From Octopus vulgaris (taxonomy: Eukaryota), in assembly GCA_951406725.2 (NCBI GenBank), contig OX597820.1, positions 56,544,001 to 56,608,000 of the forward strand: 64,000 bases of DNA. The letters are read 5' to 3'. The position numbers and the translations under genes are program-made. Positions 1 to 13,823 of this stretch are shown piece by piece; the first letter of the stretch is position 1, and each line of letters opens with the position of its first letter. The notes under the pieces are model-generated. The model worked only from the letters and a program-made list of their open reading frames with translations. It was not told where the DNA came from and made no database searches.

Positions 1-319
1 CGGATAAAAATTAAATCTCCCCCCAGAAATAGAGGTAGGCTGGATTGTAGCCACACTTCTAAACAAGAGGGAGGACAAGATACAATTGATCGAAATTGCA
101 AGAGACGGGCCTACAATTCCAGTCTGTTATATATTTTGAGTATTGTTATCACTAGCGATATCAAGATATAACTTTGTATTTTGTATTTTATGTGTAGATG
201 TATATATATATAGATGTAAATGTAATATGTACACATATATATATATACATATATACATGCACTAGCACTATGACCCGGCAACGATGGGTCATAATGCTAG
301 TATATATATATATATAATA

Positions 320-1245
320 CCTCTTCTATTGCTAGCTCTCTTTTGTCAAACTGCGAAGTTAGGGGCGTAAACAAACCAACACCAGTTGCGAACACCGCTC
401 CATCTGAAAAGAAAAACAACAAAAAGAACCATCTTCGAAGAACAACCAGGAAGAAAAAACAAGACATGAGCCAATAAACATAGAAGAAGCAAACCTAGAT
501 TAGCGTACAGTCAAAAGAAAACGCAAACGAAAAAATACCACACCCACTCCCACTCAACCACAGACACTCACCCCAGTGCCACCACATCACAGACACACAC
601 ACCAGAAATAACCCACCTGCTACTTCCCACTACAGACACCCCAACACAATACGAATCCATATCACCTCGCCCCAAAACAGTCATAAAAATTACCGCCTAA
701 TAGAATACCCACCTAACAGAACTAGTCTGCACAAACCCCCGTATATCCCCCTATATCGTACCCCCAAGCCACAACATACCAGAGCACGTAAAATTTATCT
801 ACGTTGATAGTAAGGCTTATATTGATATATATATAAAATTTCCTAAAGAAGTTGGGTCGCTACAGCGGGTATTTACCAAACGCTTATGCACACGGTTCCC
901 GAAAGACACCCCACAAGCTGCGGAAGGGGTAGGGAGCTACTCACACACTTCCACACCAAATGAAAGTAAATTCTTACTACTATGTTTTCGCTCAAGCTCG
1001 GTTGAATAATATATAAGGAAAAAGGACAGAGAAGAAGAAAAGGAAGAAGGGCAGGTAGTCCAGAGAAAATCACGTTGATCGTTATTTGGCCGAAAAATAA
1101 CACACACACACGCATATGTATGACGGGTTGCCACACAAAGGTCGAACCAGGGCTACAGTAAAAGATACCCAAGTGCCAAATGGTGGGATTGTAACCGAAA
1201 CAATGTGGTTACAAAGCGAGCTTCTTAACCACACAGTCATACCAG
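320..1245 (-). mobile_element. Degenerate SINE family A copy split by a ~700 bp unclassified insert (~390-1095)
   Basis: 320-390 matches the 3' half of family A (ctcttttgtcaaactgcgaagttaggggcgtaaacaaaccaacacc); 1100-1245 matches its head (cttcttaaccacacagtcat). Confidence 0.6.
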
Positions 1246-1290
1246 TGAGTTATTGCATATGTTTTTTATTGTGTCTAGTTTGTCTGTATA

Positions 1291-1321
1291 TGCAGCAGCA
1301 GCAACAGCAGCAACAGCAGGT

Positions 1322-1386
<65 letters not shown>

Positions 1387-1430
1387 AGCAGCAACAGCAG
1401 CAGCAGCAACAGTAGGAGCAGCAGCAGAAC
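1291..1430. repeat. (CAG/CAA)n microsatellite
   Basis: Direct reading; source of the polyQ and polyA ORFs. Confidence 0.95.
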
Positions 1431-1494
1431 CACCAACACCACCACTACCCCAAATGGAGCAATACTTCATTGTGTGTCTCATATGAGATTTTTT

Positions 1495-1852
1495 TCATCT
1501 TTATCTTTTATCCTTCATCTCATACTTGTCTCAGTCATTTGACTGCGGCCATGCCTGGGCACCATCTTGAATCGACCCCAGTTCTTATTCTTTTAAGCTT
1601 CGTCCTTATTCTATGGGTCACTTTGGCAAAAGAGACCGATAGGGAGGGAAACATACCAACACCGGTTCTCAAGCTGTAGTGGGTTACACACACATATGCG
1701 ACGGGCTTCTTTTCAATTTCCGTCTACCAAATCTACTCAGAAGGCTTTGGTCGGCCCGAGAGTGTAGAAGAAAACATTGCTCAAGGTGCCACACAGAGAT
1801 ACTGAACCTGGGATCATGTGGCTAGGAAGCAAGATTCTTACCACACAGCCAC
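1495..1852 (-). mobile_element. tRNA-derived SINE family A
   Basis: Matches the family consensus; A box TGGCTGTGTGG and B-box-like GGTTCAGT on the minus strand. Confidence 0.85.
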
Positions 1853-2280
1853 GGTTTTGTAAACGTTGGGAGTTGAAGTATTTGGGGACTCTGAAGAAGG
1901 ACGTCAGTCTAGGAGTCATGTAGTTTTTGTTATACTGAAGATGTGAGAACACCAGCGGAGATCCTTAGTGATAGGGATGTCTAGCAACTGTAACAAATTT
2001 GATTGGCTTAGTAGCGTGTTATTAAGGCTGAGTACAGTGTTGTTTCCATGAAATGTATAACATTTGTATCTTTGACTTGATGAAAAAGACAAACTGGATG
2101 TGTCTTTGAGATCCCTGTTCCTGGAATCAGTAGAGGTCTGGTATGAAGAGTCCAAGTTAAACGTGGATTATGTCTGAGTACGAAAGGTTACAGAGGAGTG
2201 AGTGATGGTACCATCTGAGTAGGAATTGACGTTATTGGATGTGGTAAAAATTATATCGTTGATATATTGGAAGAGAATAT
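1853..2280 (-). mobile_element. Decayed non-LTR reverse transcriptase fragment (CR1/L2/Jockey group)
   Basis: Minus strand reads LFQYINDIIFTTSNNVNSYSDGT (YINDL...YADDT motifs) and LQLLDIPITKDLRWCSHI (LG..I..DL.W..HI). Confidence 0.7.
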
Positions 2281-3271
2281 AAGTAAAAAACAAGAACAAA
2301 CTGGGGTACATCGCGATTGTGCGCGCTGACATAAAACATCTGATCTAAGAGATAAGAGACAGGCAGAGGGCATAAACATGAAGCATAGCTTCTGAGTTCA
2401 ATTTTCACCGAGGATATTATTTTCTGCTTTATTATCCGAGAAGTTTGTTATGTACCAGATATATTTGGTGAGAGATTTTATCGGTTCTAGCTCTCCATAT
2501 ACAAAGTATTGGCCTCGCGCTTGGCCAAAGAAAATCAATACATTCGTAGAAAACATGCCAAAATGAATATGCCGATAGCTGTTGCCAGATCTCCAGCCAA
2601 TTATCATCGAAACACAGATAACACGCACCGCATCTAGAACTAATTAACATTCAATAAAACATTAAAATAAATAAATAAAATAAATGAATAGTGAGTTGAG
2701 CAACCTAAAGATCGTGATAACTTAATCAGAACGATAAAAATAATTTAGAAAAAAAAAAGGGAACCATCTAATACGAGTGGATTTCATCTGAAATGTGGGG
2801 AATGTTAATCATATCGGTGGTTCAAATTATCGTTTATCAAATAATATGAAAGAAAGCTATTGGGATATTATATATAAAAACAAATCCGTTGCCAAACTGA
2901 TAAACTGCAGCAACATTTAAAAAACTTTATATTATATATCTAATAATTTTCCTTGTGCCGTATGGAAGGATTTATATTCAACCAAAGGAGCAAGCCAGCC
3001 AAATTCAGGGAACCTCGATTTACAAGAACTGGCTGTCAAATCAAATTACTCTGAAATTCTAAAACCTAGGGCTAGATTGGGCAATACAGCTCAGCAGATA
3101 AAAAAGATAACACAGAAATGAAACGACCGTTATTGCTTACACAGGGCTAAACAATACCACAAACAACTAGTTATACACACACACACACTCACACACACAT
3201 GCATACACACATATTCCCATTCTTTCTCTTTCTCTCTCTCTCTCTCTCATACGCGCACATACACACTGGTG

Positions 3272-3432
3272 TAGCTGCGTGGCTGTGTGGCAAGAAGCTT
3301 GCTTCCCAAGCGTGTAGTATTGTGTTCAGTCTGACTACACACTCCATAGGAGAGTGCGTTCCTCTATAGTACCATGCCAGCCAAACTCTTGTGAGCGAAT
3401 TTGGTAAACGGAAAATGGAAAGAAGCCCATCG

Positions 3433-3513
<81 letters not shown>

Positions 3514-3612
3514 GCTCATCTCTTTCTCCCTTTCTCCCTCTCTATGTGTATATATGCGCGCATGTGTGTGTGTTTGAGCCTGTGTGTGCTGCTCTTCATC
3601 ACTTGACAACGT
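3272..3612 (+). mobile_element. Degenerate SINE family A with internal (TCTA)n
   Basis: tggctgtgtggcaagaagcttgcttccc head; gaaagaagcccatcgta before the microsatellite; cacttgacaac after it. Confidence 0.75.
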
Positions 3613-5018
3613 GTTTCTTTCTTTCAAAATGAAGACATTTGAAATATTCCCTCAAATATAATTGGCAGAACTTTATACACATTCTCTTTCGGTAAACAGC
3701 TTAACTATACTGACCATTACACTACTAAAGCGAAGACACGACTATTTTGAGTTCGATATTTTTTCCTATTATTTAGGGTTTTACTTAATTATAAAAAATC
3801 CTTACCAAAAGGAATCAATCTCTAACTTGAAAGAAAATGTATTCGATTTACACACACCTACGCACACACACATGCACACACGTACTCACACACACATGCA
3901 TGCATACATGCATATATACGTACATGCATATATACATACATGCATACATACACGTACATATGTAAACATATTTTGCATTAGAATACAAATTCATATTCAG
4001 TTGATGATGATGATAATGATAATAATGGACGTGGTGATAATGGTGATGATGATGGTGGTGGTGGTGGTGGTGGTATTGATGGTTATGATGATGATGATAA
4101 TGGTGATGATGTTGATGATGATACCCTCAGTCATTTATCTCTCCATCCAACATCTGGAATAACCAGCGAATGCGGTGAAAATGCTTTTCTCCACACTCCG
4201 TTTGATGATTGGCGACAAACATACAAGGCTTTGTAGCAAAGAAGTTCTCTTCGCAAGACACACAGTTTCGGGTTTGATTCTCCCGCACAGTATACGGAAT
4301 GAATGTCTTCTGCCATACCCTCAAGAAGTACCAAGTCCCTAGACGGAAATTTCATAGATAGAACCAGTGGGGAAGCCCGTCATAGAGACCATACCTATTA
4401 TTCGTTTATTGACTTAACCCAATCTCCCGGTTTAAAATCATCAACTGGGACGTGCGGAGGAGGTTTTTAGTAGAGTCCAGTCTCTGGTAAGAATTCGAAC
4501 CAGATCTCTGATAACCTATGAGTTGCTGTTTCTTTCACACTTGTCTTCAGCTTATATGGTGGACCTGGAAAAAGACGAAATCATGGGCGTTGCACCATCT
4601 CCACTGATCAATCTTTGACATAATGGTGAAGGGATGATGTTCAATGTAAGTAATTAATCAATCAATTAATTAATTAACTAATTAATCAATCAATCGATGT
4701 ATGAATGAATCAATTAATTAGTTTTGAAGTAGTGGAACCTGTATCGGTCAGGATTGGCAATCTGTCTGCATCTGTATGTACAGACGTGAACGATTTATTT
4801 TTGTGGAAGACATAAACGCATATGCATACAAGTCGTCCACTCTTCGTGTTACCGGTCTAGTCGCTTGAGGTGTGACACTGCTTGGCACTGGAGTCACAAA
4901 TAATCAGAAAATACAAATAATCAGAAAATGGAGAAAACCTCAGATTAACAAACACTTCAATTGGACCACATTTATAGCTTATTTTTTAATACAAAACATA
5001 ACAAATAGGTGACGTAGA

Positions 5019-5390
5019 ATATATTACGGCTGTTTCCGATCTATTGCCAAAATGCTGTCAATAAATAAATGCGAGAATAAAGTTCTTCATTTTCATAGGG
5101 CATCCGAATTCCAGCACGGAGCTTCATCGGATTAAAAAACAAGAGCATACAATATAAATTAAGGGAAGAAGCAAAAGCAAAGAAAAGATGACCTAGACAA
5201 AGAGCCTAGAAGCCCAGTATGTTAGACTTTTTTCTAGGCCATGTTTTCTTCTCATTTCCTTATATTATATGCTCTTGTTTCTTACTCTGATGAAACTCCG
5301 TGCCTTGATTCGAATGCCCAATGACGATGAAGAACTTTATTCTCACATTTATTTATAGACAACATTTTGGCAACGGATCGGAAACAGCCG

Positions 5391-5398
<8 letters not shown>
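5019..5398. repeat. Long imperfect inverted repeat (arms ~180 bp, loop ~13 bp) carrying an HHR-like motif
   Basis: atattacggctgtttccgatctattgccaaaatg (5021) is the reverse complement of cattttggcaacggatcggaaacagccgtaatat (ends ~5396); pairing continues inward to ~5208/5222. Confidence 0.85.
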
Positions 5399-5487
<89 letters not shown>

Positions 5488-5661
5488 ATACACTTAAACC
5501 TGGATGTTCTGTTAGAACTAACTGTACTGCGGTAGTTGTCATGAGAGAAAGTCTCATAATGACTTTTGGTGTAAAATGCACTCTTCTTTATATCGCTTGA
5601 GGGAAGATAAATCCCCGCCAACTCCAGCATCAAGACCGCCAGATCACGGGATTTCGACTGC

Positions 5662-6060
<399 letters not shown>

Positions 6061-6535
6061 TTAGATAAACAATCACTTATGCCACATATATTTGTAATAA
6101 ATAGAATCGAGAGTGTGACCTATAAATCAATGAAGTATGTATCAACGGGAGATTATTCCTAGTGACCTTTTCGAGGAAGAACAATACTTTTTCTTGACAC
6201 TTGGATGAAAGGAAGCAACACTTTGATTTGAAACATAGAAACACCTGCAGTAAACTTGACGAGTCTAAAGATAAACAACATCCGTCTGACGAACGCTGTG
6301 CGGTACAGGAAACTCAGAGCAGGGAAACAGTGAAGATGTAAAACCCAAAATGATTAAAATAAAATCTATGTATTGATTGATCCACTTTCTTCCTTATTCG
6401 TACACATAAAACTATATGTACATACACACGCGCGCACACACACACACACATGGACACAGAAATACGTGACTGTAAGCAGGCATATAATATATATAAATAT
6501 ATAAATGTAACTATATATATGCATATTTTTATGTT

Positions 6536-6567
<32 letters not shown>

Positions 6568-6869
6568 CATGCATAAATATATATACACATATATCTGTAT
6601 CTGTATATATATATATAATATATAAATTCTTACAAATACAATACCTACATATACATACATACATACGCACATAGATACATGCGTGCATCCATATGCTGTT
6701 TCAATACATACATACATATATACATACATATAAATATACATACATACATACATACATACATACATACATACATACATACATACATACATGCATACATACA
6801 TAAAGAGATATATTTATATATATAGAAAAACATGTGTGCATGAATGTATATATGTATATGTATGTATGC

Positions 6870-6902
<33 letters not shown>

Positions 6903-7149
6903 TGTATGTATGTATGTATGTATGTATATGTAGGTTTGTGTATATTGTTTTTACAAGAAAAGGATTGACTGTTTCTTTGAAGTTTCTTTTAATGTATATG
7001 CATATGTGCGTATACGAATCTGAGCATAAGTGTGGGAGTGTTTTTATGCCTGTAGATGTAAACACACACACACGCGCGCGCGCACACGCATACACACACA
7101 TCGTAAGACTGTATATTTGCGTATATGTGTGTATATGCTAATATAAAAC

Positions 7150-7478
7150 AAACCGCTTCGGTCATGAATGACCATGGGATCATACCTAGAAAGTTCCCCT
7201 CCTAGGCAAAAGTCCGGGCCAAGTTGTTTATGGGAAACCAGCAGTCACCCTATACATACCAGCCTCCCCCTCTCCACGCCACCGATGCTATCCAAGGGAA
7301 AAGACAAAGGCCGATACATCTTGGCACCAGTTGTATTCCAACTCATTTCTACAGCTGAGTAAACTGGGGCAACGTGAAATTAGGTGTCTTGCTCAAGAAC
7401 ACAACACAACAGCCTGGTCCGGAAATCGAAGTCACTACTTCATAATTGTGAGTGCGACGCTCTAACCACTGAGCTATG
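7150..7478 (-). mobile_element. tRNA-derived SINE family C1 (CORE-like body)
   Basis: Minus strand has A box TAGCTCAGTGG, B-box-like TTCGATTTCC, then TTGAGCAAGACAC; second copy at 46468-46755. Confidence 0.8.
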
Positions 7479-7944
7479 TAGATATATATGTGTGTGTGTG
7501 TGTGTGTGTTGGATGGACTCTTTTAGTAAAACAAAGGTCCAGCCTTACCACACTTGTGCAACTCTCACTCTACATGATAGTCACCGTGAAAGGTTACGTG
7601 TTTGTGGAATACTCAGTCAATCCATATGTTAATTCAATTAGTAGATTGCCCTGTTGAACGAACAACTAGACTCTCATACGTCGAAATCGACGGTAGAGGT
7701 CATCATGTTTTGAGACATACTGTACAATGTTCAATATGAAAATTTGCAATATAGAAGAAATTACCATGCCAAATAATCCATAGATCATAGATGGGATCAG
7801 TACAATGCCGCTTGGACACAAGTCTAAGTCTGATCAACTTTGGTATGGTCGTCTGGAAAAGATTGTATGTTGTAAGACCTGAAACAACCAATAATCCTAG
7901 GATAAAACACTGACGATGAGTCCGAGTGTTACGTCTGTAGATGC

Positions 7945-8093
7945 ATCTTTTTGTTTCTGTCATTGGACTGCGACCAAATCGACCTCGGTACTTATTTTAT
8001 CCAAACCTGTCACATGTTCTGTCATTTCTACTACTAAACCGTTTAGTTACAGGGGCTTAAATAAGGCGAATCGGTTCTCAAGCAGTGGAGTAG

Positions 8094-8135
<42 letters not shown>

Positions 8136-8394
8136 CACACACACACCACACACACACACACACTTTCTTTCTCACTATCACTCTCACATATACGATAGGT
8201 TTCCACAGTTTCTGCCTATCAAATTCGACGGGATTCCACACAGTTTCTGCCTACTAAATCCACTCACAAAGTATTGGTTTCGGTTCGGTCTATAGTAAAA
8301 GACATCTACTCAAGGTGCCTCGCAGTGGTAACGAACCAGAAACCGCGTGGTTGAAAGCGAGCTTCTTAACCTCACACCTATGCCTGCGCCTATA
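7945..8394 (-). mobile_element. Degenerate SINE family A
   Basis: Family A blocks around a (CA)n tract; ends ctatgcctgcgcctata. Confidence 0.75.
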
Positions 8395-8753
8395 TTTTCA
8401 ACTATTTGATTATAGGATTTATAAACCGGATATATAAACACAGCCTGAAACTCAATATATCATCTGTAGGCAAGGGATCAATACATTGATAAACCTCATC
8501 TCATGAAATGTCAATGTTCTCAACATTTTGAATTCCAGACAGAAACGCAGATATTTTTAATGTTTAATAATTAACTCCAACTATATTAATACAAAACTAA
8601 GTGAATATATAATATATAACTATATACATACATAACATCAAAGAAAAATACTTAGATTTTCATAAATTTATAAATGGAAGCATTTAGCCTACATACGCTT
8701 CCGGAGAGAGTGAATTGAAAAACGCATATAGTATTTTGCGTCTGGAATCACTT

Positions 8754-8844
8754 CTCATCCCTAGCCGGTGGTTGTCATACACTGATGACAGGTTACTACT
8801 CAGAAACCCGGGTCCGTGTGTATCACGTCAGGCTAGAGACGGGA
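8754..8844 (+). ncRNA. Type I hammerhead ribozyme motif with extended stem I
   Basis: CTGATGA 8782-8788, GAAA 8803-8806, palindromic stem III ACCCGGGT, GTC 8812-8814; outer pairing CTAGCC/GGCTAG and GTGGT/ATCAC. Confidence 0.65.
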
Positions 8845-8894
8845 ACGATGATTTCCCTTCGCAAATAACATATTTATCATGTATTTAATTCTGC

Positions 8895-9010
8895 TAAGGT
8901 CGACTTTGCCTTTCATTCTTTCGGGATTGATAAATCAAGTACTAGGGTCGATGTCATCGACTAGTCCTCCCTCCACAAATTTCAGGCCTTGTGACTTTAG
9001 TAGAAGGGAT
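8895..9010 (+). mobile_element. SINE family B fragment
   Basis: aggtcgactttgcctttcattctttcgggattgataaatcaagtactagggtcgatg...ggccttgtg. Confidence 0.75.
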
Positions 9011-9229
9011 GTTTATCATGTATTTATATATACATACACGATATGCATGTATATAGTATCTGGGAGGGAAATATGAGGGAAACATGAATTTTCAAATCGG
9101 GATACATATATCAACATACACATACTAACCTTCATGCATAACTACACACATTAGCGCATATACTGAATGTGAACTTATTAGTGCATGTATGTGAAAAGAA
9201 AAAGGTTGGGCATATATTTCCTACATCGT

Positions 9230-10290
9230 GCTGGGCCTCCGGTAGAGATCTTAGGAGAATTGTACTGGAAGCTCCGGACTTTTAGACAAAGGCCTTCAAC
9301 AGTCATTAACAGCGTTTTCAGAAAGAGTTAAACAGAAAAAAATTAAATGTAAACATCTGTTGAGTTAATTGGATATTTTATTGAAAGTTTAAACCCATAG
9401 TAAAGAATGCCTTTAATGAATTCAATAAAGCTAAATTGAGGATTCATTTAAATAAAGGAAACGTGCTTTACGCGTCTTTTTTTTAAAGCAAATATTTTTA
9501 TTTCCTTGAAATGAATTTTCACTGTAAGCTTGTTCTTAATATTAAATCATCCAGTCCCTCTCATGTCAACGTGCTCTTCAAGAAGCTCTCAATGAGTTTT
9601 ACTTTGCCGAAGATATCAAATTTTTTATTATGTTTTATATTTGATTTGACATTATATCGTCACCAAAGTTTGATGAATGCATTGTTATAATGTGCTTCGT
9701 TTCTACTTCAATGTATTCTGAAGGCTCACCTGAGTATGTTCATATAATTAAATTCATCAGCATGGTTCAACATTGTCACAGAACGCCGAACACCATTATG
9801 TTCGCAATGTCAAACCGTTTTGACATTTCGTCAATCTCTAAATAACGTCATCAAAAAAAAAAAAAAAATGAAAGAAAGAAAGAAAGAAAGAAAAAATTCA
9901 GATTTAATTTCCCCATAACTCGAACATTCTCCTGTGTCCTACCATCGCCATTCACTGACAATAAGTCGTTCTCTTTCTTATCTTCCCGTTTTGATAGGAG
10001 ATCGGTGTCAATTTTGATTTCCTCATTCTGCTTTATTTGAAATTTGCGACCATTTCCCTAGAAACTAATTATAGGGATATGTGTATTTTTAGTTTTAATA
10101 CACAAAACAGTCGCTATTGCACCGATAGACCATTTATAATAATTTAATTTACGTATCAAATATAAAAATATATAAACCAAAAAATAAAACAAGTTATAAA
10201 AAAAAAAATACGAACACCAGGCATTTTTCTGGGTCCGGAGTATATTTTCGGGTTTGGACTGTTGGGCACTAATTTTCCTTTTTACAGTAA
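9230..10290 (-). mobile_element. Decayed hAT transposon remnant
   Basis: Minus 9620-9530 reads FGKVKLIESFLKSTLT*EGLDDLIL, matching the hAT C-terminal dimerisation motif (FSKLKLIK.YLRSTM..ERL..L); boundaries uncertain. Confidence 0.45.
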
Positions 10291-10505
10291 TCTCTTACTG
10301 TAATTCATATCCTATCATTAAAAAAATATATACAAAATTCATCTGTAAGATATTTTTAATGAAAATTTCTTAAAGCTGAAGCTGATGAGAAATGTTTAAC
10401 TTATATTCAATGACAATTTTATGGTAAAAATCTGGAAATAAATATGGTTTTAGAATATCTTCAGAAGAGTATATCACCATCATCACCATCACCACCACCA
10501 CCACC

Positions 10506-10553
<48 letters not shown>

Positions 10554-11645
10554 GACAACAACAACAAAAACAGTAACAACAACAATAACATCAACAACAA
10601 TTTATTTTTCATTTGTTTTAAGATAATCAATTTTGTCAACGTGTTTTAACTAGAAAAAAATTGCCTCACTTTGATCTACATCCATCGATTATTGACTCTT
10701 TAAACGAGTCCTTAATCAACAGGGAATGAAAGCGAATAATTTACGAAATTCTGTTACATTTTGTTGTTTTAGTCACGCTTGATTTAAAGTTCGAAAAAAA
10801 TAATTGAAAACTTTAATATTGAAAGAAAACAGAGAATAAGGTATTGAACTGATGATGAGTGATACCAAGCAGATGTCACTATTTAAATATGAACCCCACC
10901 ATTCTCTTTATACAAAGCTTAACCTTGAAACTTAGCCAAATATAGATGTTATATAAATGGCTAACCGCACGCCACCAGACTGATCAAAAATTTAAAACCC
11001 CGGCTTTTAAGTATGGTTGGCCATTTGCAACATCAAAACAATGCTACATTGCAACTGAGGAAATTACCTAATGTATAAGTAATTAAGAACACTCAATGAT
11101 TAGAGAAGACATTTATTTGCCTCGAACTCTTAGCAATACGGAAGTTTGTAGCAAACTAGGTTGGGTGCATGACATCACGGGATATAAATTTCAGATTACC
11201 CTTGTTTCATTTTACGACATAATCGCTCAAGATCGTGACCAGATTATGGAAGGGCAAAAGGAAAGAAAGAATATTATTTCAGCTAAATCAGAAAAATGGG
11301 TACTGGTGATGTGAACAGATAAAAGGTAATAGGAAATCAAGTTCGAAGGTTACATTGCAAGTGATATGAAATCAGTTTTAGATTTCTGGACAGTAACTTG
11401 AAATGGGTCAAGCTTGTAGCCTTTACACTGAATCAGTTGGGTAACATCAGCTGTTAGTATACTTAACAACAATTGAAACATATCAGTACTGAGTCAGTCG
11501 AACACAATTATATATTATAGAAGGTAGAGGAATTGAAAGACCGAATAGACGGTAGAACAGATTGTAAGTGAAAAAGAAACACAAAGAGAATAATTGAAAG
11601 ATAAGTGTAGTTAGTAATTGAAAAGGACACGGAGTTGATGATGCT

Positions 11646-11705
<60 letters not shown>

Positions 11706-11970
11706 ACACACAGAGGCACACACACACTTACAAACACTTACACTCACAGACACTCACGCACATACATACTTAAGCATACACATGTTTGTGATAAAATGGA
11801 AGAATGATATCTCAACACCACATAGGTGAATAAAAAATTTCATTATATAATAATTCAGATGTTCAATGCCGTAGGTTCCGTGCAAATATATTCGTAGCTA
11901 TTCAATCGAAGTTTGAATAATTGCGAATTTATTCGCACGAAAGGTTTTTGTTGTCGGACAAGTGAATTAT

Positions 11971-12051
<81 letters not shown>

Positions 12052-12068
12052 ACACACACACACATACA

Positions 12069-12100
<32 letters not shown>

Positions 12101-12186
12101 TACACACACGAAACATATATATATATATATATACATATATATCTTTACACAGATTATACAGCTTCCTATAAGACGACTATATATAT

Positions 12187-12332
12187 GCGTGGCAAGAAGC
12201 TTACTTCCCAACCACATGGTTCCGGGTTCAGTTCCATTGCATGAAATCTTGGGCAAGTGACTTTTGCTGTAGTCTAGGACCGACCAAAGCTTTGTGAGTG
12301 AATTTGGCTAACGGGAACTGAAAGAAGCCCGT

Positions 12333-12409
<77 letters not shown>

Positions 12410-12456
12410 GTATATGTATATATATATATATGTGTATATATATATACATGTATATG

Positions 12457-12516
<60 letters not shown>

Positions 12517-12777
12517 TGTATTTATATATATATTTATATATATATGTATTTATATATATATTTGAATGCATGTGTCTGTGTTTGTTCCGCGCCATCGCTT
12601 GACAACCGATGCTGGTGTGTTTACGTCTCCGTAAATTAGTGGTTCGGCAAAAGAGAAGGATAGAATACGTACTAGGCTTATAAAGAATAAGTCCTTGGTT
12701 CGATTTCTTCAACCAAAAACCCTTTAAGCTGGTGCTCCATTATGGCCACAGTCAAATGACTGAAACAAGTAAAAGAA
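12187..12777 (+). mobile_element. SINE family A with expanded internal (TA)n
   Basis: Head ggttccgggttcagttcc, ~230 bp TA-rich core, tail gtcaaatgactgaaacaagtaaaaga. Confidence 0.9.
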
Positions 12778-13164
12778 TATATATATATATATATATATAT
12801 TAACATATATAAATTGCAGGAAAACTTATTTCTGTACAAAAATATATGATGTACATTGAGGGGAAAGAGAATATATTTGAAATTAAATTTTCATACAATA
12901 TGTCGGAATTAGTTCTATCATTTGAGATGCCTCAAACCAGTTCAAGTGGCAGCATGGAAACAAATCTAATGTCAACTAATATATTATTAATTTCATATTA
13001 ATTTGCGTTTATTGGTCTGGGAGCAAACGCGGACCTCAGGCACTTGCCCATGCTAGGCCCCCACCCACGTCTCGGTGGTTGTGCATGCTGGTATTTACTC
13101 CTACTCACGTCTATACATTCAAATATATTTTGATATATACATATATTCGTGTGTGTGTGTATAC

Positions 13165-13209
<45 letters not shown>

Positions 13210-13327
13210 TGTGTGTGTTTATGTGTATATATGCATTTATATGTATATACACAAGCATATATAACACACAACCACATGAGTTCACATATATTTGAGTATA
13301 TATGTTCGTGTAAACCTATCTATCTAC

Positions 13328-13480
<153 letters not shown>

Positions 13481-13582
13481 CATCTAACTATCTATGAACA
13501 TATATATGTGTGTCTACTATATAAATATGCTCTCTCACACAGACATATACGTACACATATATATATGTATATACATATACCA

Positions 13583-13680
13583 GAGTAAGCACATAAATGC
13601 GAAGAAAGGGGAAAAATAGTACTCGAATACCAGAGGGAGTGTAAAATGGTCTTTTAAAAAGCAGTAAGAATATCACAAAA
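13583..13680. mobile_element. Truncated relative of the HHR-bearing element at 29110-29330
   Basis: Ends aaagcagtaagaatatcacaaaa versus aaagcagcagcaatatgacaaag at 29121; lies between microsatellites. Confidence 0.4.
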
Positions 13681-13766
13681 ATATATCCATATAAATATAT
13701 ATATATATACATGTGTGTATTTATGTATCTATATACTTACACATGTACACACATACACATATATAT

Positions 13767-13823
<57 letters not shown>

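Noticed and set aside
1116-1486. PolyQ and polyA ORFs as a transcription-factor exon
   Set aside because: Built from a SINE head plus a CAG tract, with stops close on both sides and no domain.
2280-2650. L1/Tx1-like ORF2 C-terminus on minus (CIWRARTDK)
   Set aside because: Only one short motif; too weak to call.
11060-11470. hAT C-terminal remnant (VLDFW...VTSA)
   Set aside because: Motif pieces lie in different frames and cannot be told from chance by eye.
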